Shown piece by piece: positions 26,736 to 36,476 of a DNA stretch of 64,000 nucleotides (positions are counted from its first letter, which is position 1; each line of letters opens with the position of its first letter). Where the stretch lies: positions 1,893 through 65,892 of the forward strand of contig CAIPDV010000049.1 in the NCBI GenBank assembly GCA_903863935.1, read 5' to 3'. A program made the translations under genes and the position numbers. This stretch comes from an uncultured Bacteroidota bacterium. Lineage in GTDB: Bacteria; Bacteroidota; Bacteroidia; JABEUT01. The notes below the pieces were generated by a model that was not told the origin of the DNA, did no database searches, and saw nothing but the letters and a program-made list of their open reading frames with translations.

Positions 26736-27347
26736 TTAGCTAGCTAATTCTCCGGTATCTTTTGGGTAATACTTTCGCTGAAATAGAAGTATTAAAATAA
26801 CTCCCACCGTTATAGCAGAATCGGAAACGTTAAACACCGGACGGAAGAACAGAAACTCTTCATTGCCCCAAAATGGCACCCATGAAGGGAAATGGCCTTC
26901 CATCAACGGAAAATAAAACATATCAACAACTTTACCATGAAGCAAACTGGCATAACCACCTTCTTTAGGCATGAATTTAGCAAGTTCATAACCGCTATCG
27001 CTGAACAATACTCCATAAAAGGTGCTGTCTAGAATATTGCCTAATGCACCTGCAAAAATCAAGGCAAAACTGGCAATTAGCCCTTTAGGGGCATTACGTT
27101 TTACCAGGGTCCATAAATAATACCCGATTAAGGTAACTGCTGCAATACGGAAAACACTTAAAAAGATCTTGCCATATTGTCCACCAAAGGTCATCCCGAA
27201 AGCCATTCCGTTGTTTTCGGTAAAATGAATAATAAACCAGGAGGCAATCCGATGTTCTTCCCCTAAAATGAAATGGGTTTTAATATAAATCTTTAATGCC
27301 TGGTCTAAAACCAGCACCAACAATATAATGAGCAAAGGCCTTTTCAC
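26736..27347 (-). CDS. lspA: lipoprotein signal peptidase II
   Basis: FTENNGMAFGM and FNVSDSAITVGV motifs, 4 TM segments. Confidence 0.88.
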   Translation of the reverse strand: MKRPLLIILLVLVLDQALKIYIKTHFILGEEHRIASWFIIHFTENNGMAFGMTFGGQYGKIFLSVFRIAAVTLIGYYLWTLVKRNAPKGLIASFALIFAGALGNILDSTFYGVLFSDSGYELAKFMPKEGGYASLLHGKVVDMFYFPLMEGHFPSWVPFWGNEEFLFFRPVFNVSDSAITVGVILILLFQRKYYPKDTGELAS

Positions 27348-27365
27348 GCCTCTATTCTTAACTTA

Positions 27366-28118
27366 TTATTGATTGAATTGTTGAACCAACTTCGCATCGA
27401 TGCTAAGGGTTGCATGAGGTACTCTTTGAAGCCTTTCTTTAGGAATTAGCTTACCTGTTACCCTGCAAATGCCATAGGTTTTATTCTGAATGCGAACCAA
27501 TGCATTCTGAAGGTTCTGTATAAATTTTTCCTGGCGGAGTGCAAGTTGGGCCGTTTCTTCACGGGTCAACACATCAGAACCGTCTTCCAAAGCTTTGAAA
27601 GTAGGAGAGGTATCATCAGTTCCATGGTCATCAGTATGGCAAAGGGTATTCTTTAAAAGCTCATAATCCTTCTTCGCTTGGTCCAGTTTATCCACAATAA
27701 GGGTTTTGAATTCAGCTAATTCCTTTTCGTTGTAACGTTGTTTTTCGTCAACAACAGGTGCTTTTACAGGAGCAGGTTTTTTAGCTTCAATTTTTGCAAC
27801 AGGTGCAGCTTTAACCTCAACCTTAGGTGCAGGTTTAGCTTCAACTTTCTGAACGGGTTTAAATATTTTAACTTCTTTTTTTACAACAACAGGTGCTTTT
27901 TTAGCAACCGGTTTTGCTTTTTTAGGTTCTGGTTTTTTCATTACTTTTTTTGGTTCCGGTTTTGTTTTTGATTTTACCACTTTCTTTTCAATCTTCTTCT
28001 TAGCAGGAGCACTCTTCTTAGCAACCGGTTTGCTCTTTTTAGCAACCTTCTTAGGGGCAGCCTTTTTTGAAGCTACAACCTTTACCTTATTGGTCTTTTT
28101 TGCTGGTTTCTTTTTCAT
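27366..28118 (-). CDS. DksA/TraR-family protein with a Lys/Ala/Pro-rich (histone H1-like) N-terminal half
   Basis: The C-terminus (ALVRIQNKTYGICRVTGKLIPKERLQRVPHATLSIDAK) is DksA/TraR-like. The first ~125 aa are KKPAKK/KPVAKK repeats. Confidence 0.75.
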   Translation of the reverse strand: MKKKPAKKTNKVKVVASKKAAPKKVAKKSKPVAKKSAPAKKKIEKKVVKSKTKPEPKKVMKKPEPKKAKPVAKKAPVVVKKEVKIFKPVQKVEAKPAPKVEVKAAPVAKIEAKKPAPVKAPVVDEKQRYNEKELAEFKTLIVDKLDQAKKDYELLKNTLCHTDDHGTDDTSPTFKALEDGSDVLTREETAQLALRQEKFIQNLQNALVRIQNKTYGICRVTGKLIPKERLQRVPHATLSIDAKLVQQFNQ

Positions 28119-28126
28119 AGTGACCT

Positions 28127-31100
28127 TTAATTAGTCTTGTTAATAAAAATAGAAGCACTTAAATTGTCAGCTACTTCTACCACTATAGCTTGTCCTTCGC
28201 TAAGATTATCAACCATTTCGAAGGAAGTTGCTAAAATTTCCGTGCAAATATAATCAAAATTATTCTTAATCGCGTCTTCCAGGGCTTTGTTCTTAACAAT
28301 TTGGAGTTTTATCTTATCAGTTACCTCGTAATTATTCTCTTTTCTAAGGGTTTGTATGCGATTTATGAGTTCACGGGCAATGCCTTCCTCTTCAAGCTCT
28401 TTGGATATGGTTGTGTCCAAGGCGACGGTTATTTTACCATCCGTCATCAGGTGCCATCCCGGTATATCTTCCGAGGTAATTTCAACATCGGTTAAAAGGA
28501 TTTCAACCTCTCTTCCTGAAAGGTTAAGCCCGTACTTGCCGTTCTGTTCTAAAAGCTTGATTTCCTCCTTACCAAAACCACTGATTGCAGCAGCAGCTTC
28601 TTTCATTAAAGGTCCTAGTTTTTTACCCAGTTCTTTGAAGTTGGCTTTTATCTTTTTATTGAGCATACCTTCAGTATCGTGAACATAGTGCAATTCCTTC
28701 ACATTTACCTCTGCCAAAATGAGGCTTTTTATCGAGTCAATCTGATGCTTTAAGCTTTCATCAAGTATAGGGATAAGTATCTTGTTAAGTGGCTGACGAA
28801 CACGAATATTTACTTTTTTGCGTAAAGCGAGAGTTAAAGAAGAAATGCGCTGTGCCAGGTCCATTCTTTCCTCTAAGGTTGGATTGATGTTTTTGTCGTC
28901 AGAAACAGGGAACAAAGAATGGTGAATACTCTGCACTTTTTCCTTGCCCGAAACACTGTTCAAATCGGTGAATAATTTCTCTGAAAAGAATGGAGCAATC
29001 GGGGCTATTAATTTGGCAATAGTTTCGAGGCAATTATAGAGGGTTTGGAAGGCTGATATTTTATCTTCACTATATTCCCCTTTCCAAAAACGCCTGCGAG
29101 ATAAGCGCACATACCAATTACTCAATTGATCAGTAACAAAAGCTTCAATATCACGGGCGGCCCTCATAGGTTCATAAGTACCATAGAATTCATCTACACT
29201 TTTGATAAGGGAATTGAGCACTGAAAGAATCCATTGGTCTAATTCCGGACGCTGGTTAACTGGTATTTCAGCCTCTGAATAGTTAAAGCCATCAATATTG
29301 GCATAAAGGGCATAAAATGCATAGGTATTGTAAAGGGCTCTGAAAAGCTTACGTTGAACCTCAGTTATACCTTCCTCGTCAAACTTCAGGTTATCCCATG
29401 GTTGGGCATTGCTTATCATATACCAGCGGGTAGCATCGGCACCATATTGTTCAATGATCTTGAATGGGTCGACAGCATTGCCTAACCGCTTAGACATTTT
29501 ATTGCCATGCTTATCTAATACCAATCCATTTGACACCACATTTTTAAATGCAACTGAATCAAACAACATACTGGCAATAGCGTGAAGGGTAAAGAACCAT
29601 CCGCGAGTCTGGTCTACACCCTCAGCGATAAAGTCAGCAGGGAAGTTTTCTTTGAACTTGTCTTTATTCTCAAACGGGTAATGCCATTGGGCATAAGGCA
29701 TAGAGCCTGAATCAAACCATACATCTATCAGATCTGATTCACGGGTCATTTTTTTGCCCGAAGGAGAAACTAAAAAGATACTATCGCAATAAGGTTTATG
29801 AATGTCTCTTTCAGCAGTGTTCCATTTGCTTTTCTTCAAATCCTCATCGGTCATAATGCCTGCTGCAACAGACTTCTTTATTTCCTTATCTAAATCTGCA
29901 TAATTGCCGATGCATAGTTCTTCTTTGCCGTCCTCCGTTCTCCATATTGGAAGTGGTATTCCCCAAAAACGTGAACGGGAAAGGTTCCAGTCAACCATAT
30001 TTTCCAGCCAATTACCAAAACGGCCTGTGCCGGTTGATTCAGGTTTCCAGTTGATGGTTTTGTTCAATTCTATCATCCTGTCCTTCATGGCTGTAGTTCG
30101 CACAAACCAAGAGTCTAATGGGTAATAGATTACGGGTTTATCAGTACGCCAACAATGGGGGTAACTGTGTACATAAGATTCTTTTTTAAATAATTTATCA
30201 TCCCTAAGTAATCGCAAAATGATTCTCTCGTCCACATTTAAATATGATTTCAAATCCTGTACAACTCCCGAAGATTCTAATTTTATCTTTTGTTTTTTGA
30301 ACTCTATTTCTTTTTCGCTGTCTGATAAATAGTCTTCTTTAACGTACTCTCCACCTAAACCAAAAATAGGATCATGTAATTCTTTAATAAATTTACCTTG
30401 CTTATTTACCAAAGGGAGTTTTTTCTCTTTTTGTAACGACTCTATCTCATTGCTATATTCTTTTTCATTTACTTCAAGAAACAACTTATATGTAGAGGTC
30501 TTTTCTATTAGAGGCTTATTTAATTGCTCCCAAGTAATCTCATCCAAATCATTCCATACTAGGCCTTTTAAGTCTTCCCATGTATAACTTCCTATTCCTG
30601 ATTTTAATTCATGTTCATCAGGTAGGCTTTTAATATAGGATTGGGTTGATCCAGAAAAAAAGGCATTGTAAAGAGCATTTCCTTCATCCTCTGAAGGCGA
30701 GAAGGATTTTTGAAGAACTTCAGAAAATTTACTTTCAGTATAATCAATAGTTAACGGAAATATTCTTTCTGGGTCTTGTTTTGCCGCCCTCCAATCATCT
30801 GCCCCAAAGGTTGGGGCGATGTGCACAATTCCAGTTCCATCCTCAACAGTTACAAAATCTCCACCAATTACCCTGAAAAAGTGATTGGAATGTTCTAATT
30901 TCGGTTTAATATAGGGTAATAGTTGTTCATAGCATATACCGATAAGTTCATTCCCCCTGAATTCTTGGACTATTTCCCATGTATTCAGTCGGTTTTTAAA
31001 TAGAATTTCAGTCTTTTCTCTTTTCAAACCAACTTTCAAAGTACTTTCTGGAACATCTGCCCAATCACACTCAAAGTATTTTGGAAACAACTCCTTTGCC

Positions 31101-31966
31101 AAAATAACCTCAATAGGTTTTGAAGTGTATTGATTTAATGTTTTTACCTTAATATAATCGATATTTTTTCCTACCGCTAAAGCAGTATTTGAAGGAAGTG
31201 TCCATGGGGTCGTTGTCCAAGCTAAAAAAAATATTGGTGTAATAGGAAACATTTCAAGTTCCCTACCTAATTCTTCTCCTCTTTCCACGTTAAACAAAAA
31301 CTCAGATTTAACGTCCCTTTTCACTTTAAACATTGCGACAGCTGTTCTGTCTTGAACATTTCTATAACATCCAGGTTGATTAAGTTCATGTGAACTAAGC
31401 CCAGTACCAGCTGCAGGGGAATACGGTTGAATAGTATAGTCCTTATATAATAAACCCTTTTTGTATAGTTCACCTAACAGATACCAAACGCTCTCAATAT
31501 AATTGTTGTCGAAAGTGATGTAAGGGTCATTCATGTCAACCCAATAGCCCATCTTGGTGGTTACCTCTTCCCATTTGTCTTTGTACTTCATCACCTCTCG
31601 GCGACAAGCAGCATTATATTCTTCAACCGTAATCTTTTTGCCTATATCTTCTTTTGTTATACCCAAAGACTTCTCCACACTTAATTCTATTGGCAGACCA
31701 TGTGTGTCCCAACCACCTTTACGTTCCACTTTAAAGCCTTTCATGGTGTGGTAGCGGCAGAAAATATCCTTAATGGTGCGGGACATTACGTGGTGTATGC
31801 CTGGCATACCATTGGCTGATGGAGGTCCTTCGTAAAAAGTAAAAGTCTTGGCTCCTTCGCGAAGTGAAACACTCTTTTCAAACGTGTTTTCCTTCGCCCA
31901 TTTTTCAAGGACTTCTTTACCTATTTCACTCAGGTTTAAATTTTCGTATTGCGGGAACTTCGACAT
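28127..31966 (-). CDS. ileS: isoleucyl-tRNA synthetase (type 2), unusually long
   Basis: PSANGMPGIHH (HIGH) and KMSKRLGN (KMSKS). The likely start is MSKFPQYENL at 31966, which avoids overlap with ridA; the track extends to 31996. Confidence 0.92.
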   Translation of the reverse strand: MSKFPQYENLNLSEIGKEVLEKWAKENTFEKSVSLREGAKTFTFYEGPPSANGMPGIHHVMSRTIKDIFCRYHTMKGFKVERKGGWDTHGLPIELSVEKSLGITKEDIGKKITVEEYNAACRREVMKYKDKWEEVTTKMGYWVDMNDPYITFDNNYIESVWYLLGELYKKGLLYKDYTIQPYSPAAGTGLSSHELNQPGCYRNVQDRTAVAMFKVKRDVKSEFLFNVERGEELGRELEMFPITPIFFLAWTTTPWTLPSNTALAVGKNIDYIKVKTLNQYTSKPIEVILAKELFPKYFECDWADVPESTLKVGLKREKTEILFKNRLNTWEIVQEFRGNELIGICYEQLLPYIKPKLEHSNHFFRVIGGDFVTVEDGTGIVHIAPTFGADDWRAAKQDPERIFPLTIDYTESKFSEVLQKSFSPSEDEGNALYNAFFSGSTQSYIKSLPDEHELKSGIGSYTWEDLKGLVWNDLDEITWEQLNKPLIEKTSTYKLFLEVNEKEYSNEIESLQKEKKLPLVNKQGKFIKELHDPIFGLGGEYVKEDYLSDSEKEIEFKKQKIKLESSGVVQDLKSYLNVDERIILRLLRDDKLFKKESYVHSYPHCWRTDKPVIYYPLDSWFVRTTAMKDRMIELNKTINWKPESTGTGRFGNWLENMVDWNLSRSRFWGIPLPIWRTEDGKEELCIGNYADLDKEIKKSVAAGIMTDEDLKKSKWNTAERDIHKPYCDSIFLVSPSGKKMTRESDLIDVWFDSGSMPYAQWHYPFENKDKFKENFPADFIAEGVDQTRGWFFTLHAIASMLFDSVAFKNVVSNGLVLDKHGNKMSKRLGNAVDPFKIIEQYGADATRWYMISNAQPWDNLKFDEEGITEVQRKLFRALYNTYAFYALYANIDGFNYSEAEIPVNQRPELDQWILSVLNSLIKSVDEFYGTYEPMRAARDIEAFVTDQLSNWYVRLSRRRFWKGEYSEDKISAFQTLYNCLETIAKLIAPIAPFFSEKLFTDLNSVSGKEKVQSIHHSLFPVSDDKNINPTLEERMDLAQRISSLTLALRKKVNIRVRQPLNKILIPILDESLKHQIDSIKSLILAEVNVKELHYVHDTEGMLNKKIKANFKELGKKLGPLMKEAAAAISGFGKEEIKLLEQNGKYGLNLSGREVEILLTDVEITSEDIPGWHLMTDGKITVALDTTISKELEEEGIARELINRIQTLRKENNYEVTDKIKLQIVKNKALEDAIKNNFDYICTEILATSFEMVDNLSEGQAIVVEVADNLSASIFINKTN

Positions 31967-31982
31967 AATTAATTGAAGACGA

Positions 31983-32393
31983 TTAGATAGTTGCAATAAC
32001 TTTAAGCTCTATTGCAATTGGAGTAGGTAGTGAGCTTATTTCAACTGTGGTTCTGCAAGGTTGGTTCTCTTTAAAATATTCAGCGTAAATGCGGTTATAA
32101 GTGGGGAAATCGGCTTTCATATTGGTAAGAAATACAGTTACATCAACCATCTTATCCCAACTGCTGCCTGATTCTTCTAAAACAGTTTTAATATTATTGA
32201 ATACTGAATGGCATTGTGCTTCGATATCATAAGAAGCTATGTTGCCTTTTTCGTCCAATGTTACCCCGGGAATTACTTTCGTTCCACGTTCACGCGGGCC
32301 AATACCGGAAAGGAAAAGCAGGTTGCCAACCCTTCTTGCATGGGGATATGAACCAACTGGTTCAGGGGCTTTAGATGAATAGATTTTGTCCAC
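31983..32393 (-). CDS. ridA: RidA/YjgF family reactive-intermediate deaminase
   Basis: 136 aa; APEPVGSYPHARRVGNLLFLSG...RTTVEISSLP. Confidence 0.85.
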   Translation of the reverse strand: MDKIYSSKAPEPVGSYPHARRVGNLLFLSGIGPRERGTKVIPGVTLDEKGNIASYDIEAQCHSVFNNIKTVLEESGSSWDKMVDVTVFLTNMKADFPTYNRIYAEYFKENQPCRTTVEISSLPTPIAIELKVIATI

Positions 32394-32537
32394 CTCAGTT
32401 TTTTAAGTGGGCAAAGGTAGGGAAAATAGATATAAGCCATAAGAGATAAGATAAGAACTATAGCCTGTCGGGCCTCGACTTTCAAAACCTGTTAATAAGA
32501 TTAGCCCCCAAAAAGGGCTCGTTTTGGCTGTTTACTA

Positions 32538-32545
32538 TATTTTTG
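32538..32545 (+). promoter_or_regulatory. candidate -7 box TATTTTTG for parE
   Basis: Matches TAnnTTTG, about 54 nt upstream of the ATG. Confidence 0.2.
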
Positions 32546-32598
32546 CGTTCCCCATACAGTCGACGACTTTATGAACTTTACAAACTTTTAACTGAATC

Positions 32599-34449
32599 AT
32601 GGCACAAGGAAAATATACTGAAGACAGCATCCGGTCGCTTGACTGGAAAGACCATATCCGTTTCCGCCCGGGAATGTACATAGGAAAATTAGGGGATGGC
32701 ACATCCGTTGACGATGGTATTTACGTTCTGCTTAAGGAAGCGATAGATAACTCTATTGATGAGTTTACCATGGGCTTTGGCAAGACTATTGAAATAACTA
32801 TTAAGGAAAAAACCGCTACTATTCGCGACTATGGTCGTGGTATTCCACTTGGTAAGGTTTTGGATTGCGTTGCCAAGATCAACACAGGAGCTAAATATGA
32901 CTCCGAGGTTTTTAAGAAGTCTGTTGGATTGAACGGTGTTGGAACAAAGGCTGTGAATGCATTGTCGTCGTATTTCAAAGTTCAATCAGTTAGAGAGGGC
33001 AAGACCAAGGTTATTGAATTCAATAAAGGTGAGATACTCAAGGACCACGCCATAACATCCAGTGATGAAAGCGATGGAACCATCCTTACCTTTCATGCAG
33101 ATGACGGTATTTTCCATAACTTTCATTACCTGAATGAGCATGTTGAGAAAATGCTTTGGAACTACGCTTACCTTAATTTAGGCTTGAGGATAAAGTTCAA
33201 CGGAAAGAAAATTGAATCGGAAAAAGGCCTGCACGATCTGCTGGAGCATAACATGAGTGGACCAATTCTTTACCCGATTATCCACTTGCGTGGGAATGAT
33301 ATTGAACTGGCAATGACCCATAGCATGCAGCAATATAGCGAGGAGTATTACTCCTTCGTTAACGGCCAACATACAACCCAAGGTGGCACTCACCTGATGG
33401 CTTTCCGTGAGGCTGTGGTAAAGACTTTGCGCGAGTTCTTCAAGAAGAATTTCGAAGCAGCAGATATTCGTAAATCCATTGTTGCGGCAATAAGCATTAA
33501 AGTACAAGAACCCATATTTGAATCGCAGACAAAAACCCGTTTAGGTTCTCAGGACATGGGTCCGGAAGGGCCATCGGTGCGGACTTTCATTGGTGATTTT
33601 ATTAAGACCGAATTAGATAATTTTCTGCACAAAAACCCTGCAGTTGCTGAGGAATTACAAAGGAAGATCATTCAATCGGAAGAGGAGCGTAAGGCCCTTA
33701 GTGGTATTGAGAAGCTTGCCCGTGAACGGGCCAAGAGAGCCAGTTTGCACAATAAAAAGTTGCGCGATTGCAAGTCACATTATAATGGTTCGGATGAACG
33801 CAGACTTGAAACAACACTGTTTATTACCGAAGGAGATTCCGCAAGTGGTTCTATTACCAAAGCCCGTGACCCCAATACACAAGCGGTATTCAGCTTAAAG
33901 GGTAAACCCCTCAACTCATACGGGCTTACCAAAAAGATAGTCTATGAAAATGAGGAGTTCAGTCTGTTGCAGAGCGCACTCAACATAGAAAACGGCATGG
34001 AAGACCTTCGTTACAACAACGTGGTTATAGCCACAGATGCGGATGTTGATGGTATGCATATACGTCTTTTATTAATGACTTTCTTCATGCAATTTTTCCC
34101 TGACTTGGTTAAAAACGGACATCTATTCATTTTGGAAACCCCGCTTTTCAGAGTGAGGAATAAAAAGGAAACCATCTATTGCTACTCCGATGAAGAGCGG
34201 CAGAATGCTATCAAGAAACTGGGTGTAAGGCCCGAGATCACCCGCTTTAAAGGGTTGGGTGAAATATCGCCCGATGAGTTCAAATACTTTATAGATAAGA
34301 ATATCCGATTGCAGCCAGTAATTGTTACCCATGATACCGAGGTAGAGAATACCCTTAAGTACTATATGGGTAAAAATACGCCCGAACGCCAGGACGACAT
34401 CATTGATAATTTGGTGGTGGAGAAAGAGGAAGCACCTATTGAGTTATGA
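32599..34449 (+). CDS. parE: DNA topoisomerase IV subunit B
   Basis: 616 aa type IIA B subunit (GHKL ATPase, EGDSA, PL(K/R)[11 protein letters not shown]). The length and N-terminus fit Bacteroidota ParE rather than GyrB. Confidence 0.8.
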   Translation: MAQGKYTEDSIRSLDWKDHIRFRPGMYIGKLGDGTSVDDGIYVLLKEAIDNSIDEFTMGFGKTIEITIKEKTATIRDYGRGIPLGKVLDCVAKINTGAKYDSEVFKKSVGLNGVGTKAVNALSSYFKVQSVREGKTKVIEFNKGEILKDHAITSSDESDGTILTFHADDGIFHNFHYLNEHVEKMLWNYAYLNLGLRIKFNGKKIESEKGLHDLLEHNMSGPILYPIIHLRGNDIELAMTHSMQQYSEEYYSFVNGQHTTQGGTHLMAFREAVVKTLREFFKKNFEAADIRKSIVAAISIKVQEPIFESQTKTRLGSQDMGPEGPSVRTFIGDFIKTELDNFLHKNPAVAEELQRKIIQSEEERKALSGIEKLARERAKRASLHNKKLRDCKSHYNGSDERRLETTLFITEGDSASGSITKARDPNTQAVFSLKGKPLNSYGLTKKIVYENEEFSLLQSALNIENGMEDLRYNNVVIATDADVDGMHIRLLLMTFFMQFFPDLVKNGHLFILETPLFRVRNKKETIYCYSDEERQNAIKKLGVRPEITRFKGLGEISPDEFKYFIDKNIRLQPVIVTHDTEVENTLKYYMGKNTPERQDDIIDNLVVEKEEAPIEL

Positions 34450-34468
34450 GTTATAAGTTATGAGTTAT
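34441..34468 (-). repeat. heptanucleotide microsatellite (ATAACTY)x4, opposite orientation
   Basis: gagttat gagttat aagttat gagttat. It overlaps the last two codons and the stop of parE. Confidence 0.85.
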
Positions 34469-35040
34469 TTCCGGATTGTCTCCGAGTTATAATTATACAA
34501 TTATTTCATAGATATTTTGTTTTATAAATTTACATTTTTGGTTATAAAATGAAATTTGCCGGATATCAGGAGGCATAACAGAACACTAACAGACACGCAA
34601 CAGGAAAATAGCAGGGGAATGTTCGTGACTGATTCTCTTCAACAGGCTGATTTTCATTAATTTTATTTTTCAATTGCCTGTTAATAACAGGGCCAAGCAG
34701 GAGAAATGCATATTTATTATAGCAAAAATTAATTTTAAAAATTGGCTGAGCAGTATATTTTATTTGCATCATTTTTATTCCGTTTTTATTTTATCCGACA
34801 ACTGATTACTGACAATTGACTACTGTTACTTGCAAAGATAAATTACAGGATGTGTTTTTCAAAGAAGTAAATTACTTCACTTTTTCAACACAAAGTGAAA
34901 GGAGGGAATAGAGGTGCACAGAGAAAATTCAAAATTCGTTGTTTAATGGCTTAAACTTGCCTGTTAATAAGTGAAAGCCACAGGATAATAAGTGTGGCTT
35001 GACTAGAGGATTTAAAACCCGCATTTTTGTGGAAATTAAT

Positions 35041-36387
35041 ATGCTGGTTATGAAAAAACTAATCTTATCTGTAGCACTAATTCTTCTGCATTGCATAGCA
35101 ACCAAAGCCCAAACATGGGATTCACTCGGGGCCGGAACAGATAATGCAGTTCTTGCTTTGGCCGTATATAATAATTCATTGTATGCAGGAGGCGCATTTG
35201 ACTCAGCTGGTAATATTGGCGCGAATAAGGTGGCATCATGGAACGGGTTTAAATGGGACTCCCTCGAAGATGGAATTGATGTTAACATGCCACTTATATC
35301 GAGCGTTTTTAGTTTATGTAATTATAGCGGGTCATTGTTTACCGGTGGTGAATTAGAGGGCGCAAATCACATTCCTCTTAAAGGTATTGCTCAATGGAAT
35401 GGGGTTAGTTGGGATTCTGTTTTGGCAGGCATAAATGGAAAGGTTTATGCCCTTGCAGTGTATAACGGTGAACTCTATGCAGGAGGAAATTTTTTGAAAT
35501 CAGGTAACACAACTGTAAGTAATATTGCCAGGTGGAATGGGACATCCTGGTCACCTGTTGGAATTGGGATAACAACTGGTTTTGCTGCAACCGTTTATTC
35601 TCTGGCAGTATATAATGGTAGCCTTTATGCCGGTGGAATATTCAGCATGGCGGGCGGGAACCCTGCTATCAGTATTGCTAAATGGAATGATACTAATTGG
35701 AGCAGTGTGGGAAGCGGGATGAATGTATATTCAACCGTTTATGCGTTAGCTGTATATAATGGTAATTTGTACGCAGGGGGCAATTTTGCTTTTGCCGGTG
35801 GAGTTTTTGTCCATAACATAGCCCAATGGAATGGAAGCGCATGGAGTAAAGTTGATTCAGGGACGAATAAGGTTGTTCGTGCCTTATGTGTTTATGGCTC
35901 TGATCTTATAGCCGGCGGAGCATTTGACACGGCCGGTGGTAAACACATAAATGATATTGCTTCGTGGGATGGTACTTCATGGGACTCGCTTGGGGTAGGG
36001 ATAAACGGGACCGTCTATGCTTTGTGCGATTATTCAGGCGGGCTGTATGCCGGTGGTTTGTTTTCCAAAGCGGGAAATTTAAATGCAAATAATATTGCAG
36101 TCTGGAGAAGCCCGTTGGCAGTAAATAATTTGAAAACGGAGAATGATTTTAAAATATTTCCCAACCCCAACAAAGGCATTTTCACAATTCAATCCTCAGT
36201 AAACAGTGGTGAGGCTACAGTTGAAATTTATAATGTTCTTGGGGAAAAAGTGTTAAAACAGATCCTTCGCTCCACTCAGGATGACAAAGTCATGGACATG
36301 AGTAGTCAACCTTCTGGTGTTTATTTTTATAGGGTTTTAAATAATATTGGTGGGTTAGTTGGAGAAGGGAAGTTTGTTAAGCAATAA
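35041..36387 (+). CDS. secreted beta-propeller-like repeat protein with a T9SS type A C-terminal sorting domain
   Basis: Signal peptide MLVMKKLILSVALILLHCIATKAQ. Eight or more W(N/D)G..W...VYNG.LYAGG.F units. The CTD is FKIFPNPNKGIFTIQ...VEIYNVLGEKV...SGVYFYRV. Confidence 0.8.
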   Translation: MLVMKKLILSVALILLHCIATKAQTWDSLGAGTDNAVLALAVYNNSLYAGGAFDSAGNIGANKVASWNGFKWDSLEDGIDVNMPLISSVFSLCNYSGSLFTGGELEGANHIPLKGIAQWNGVSWDSVLAGINGKVYALAVYNGELYAGGNFLKSGNTTVSNIARWNGTSWSPVGIGITTGFAATVYSLAVYNGSLYAGGIFSMAGGNPAISIAKWNDTNWSSVGSGMNVYSTVYALAVYNGNLYAGGNFAFAGGVFVHNIAQWNGSAWSKVDSGTNKVVRALCVYGSDLIAGGAFDTAGGKHINDIASWDGTSWDSLGVGINGTVYALCDYSGGLYAGGLFSKAGNLNANNIAVWRSPLAVNNLKTENDFKIFPNPNKGIFTIQSSVNSGEATVEIYNVLGEKVLKQILRSTQDDKVMDMSSQPSGVYFYRVLNNIGGLVGEGKFVKQ

Positions 36388-36404
36388 ATTCTCTGTGAAA
36401 ATCT

Positions 36405-36459
36405 GTGCTCTCCGTGTCTCTGTGGTTTGTATTCTTCACCACAGAGACACGGAGAGCAC
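36405..36459. terminator. perfect 22-bp inverted repeat between convergent genes (probable bidirectional terminator / repeat element)
   Basis: gtgctctccgtgtctctgtggt - 11 nt loop - accacagagacacggagagcac. Confidence 0.55.
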
Positions 36460-36476
36460 GTAGAAACACTGAGAGT

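Noticed and set aside
34566-34772. 68-aa ORF in the long gap after parE
   Set aside because: AT-rich context, no start context or recognisable features, and it overlaps hairpin and repeat sequence. It is treated as non-coding.
36261-36285. gatccttcgctccactcaggatgac inside the T9SS CTD (peptide ILRSTQDDKV), resembling the common Bacteroidota repeat family that yields AKD/QDDK-type peptides
   Set aside because: Only a single half-site is present with no inverted partner. The reading frame and CTD length look normal. The resemblance rests on memory and cannot be tested here.
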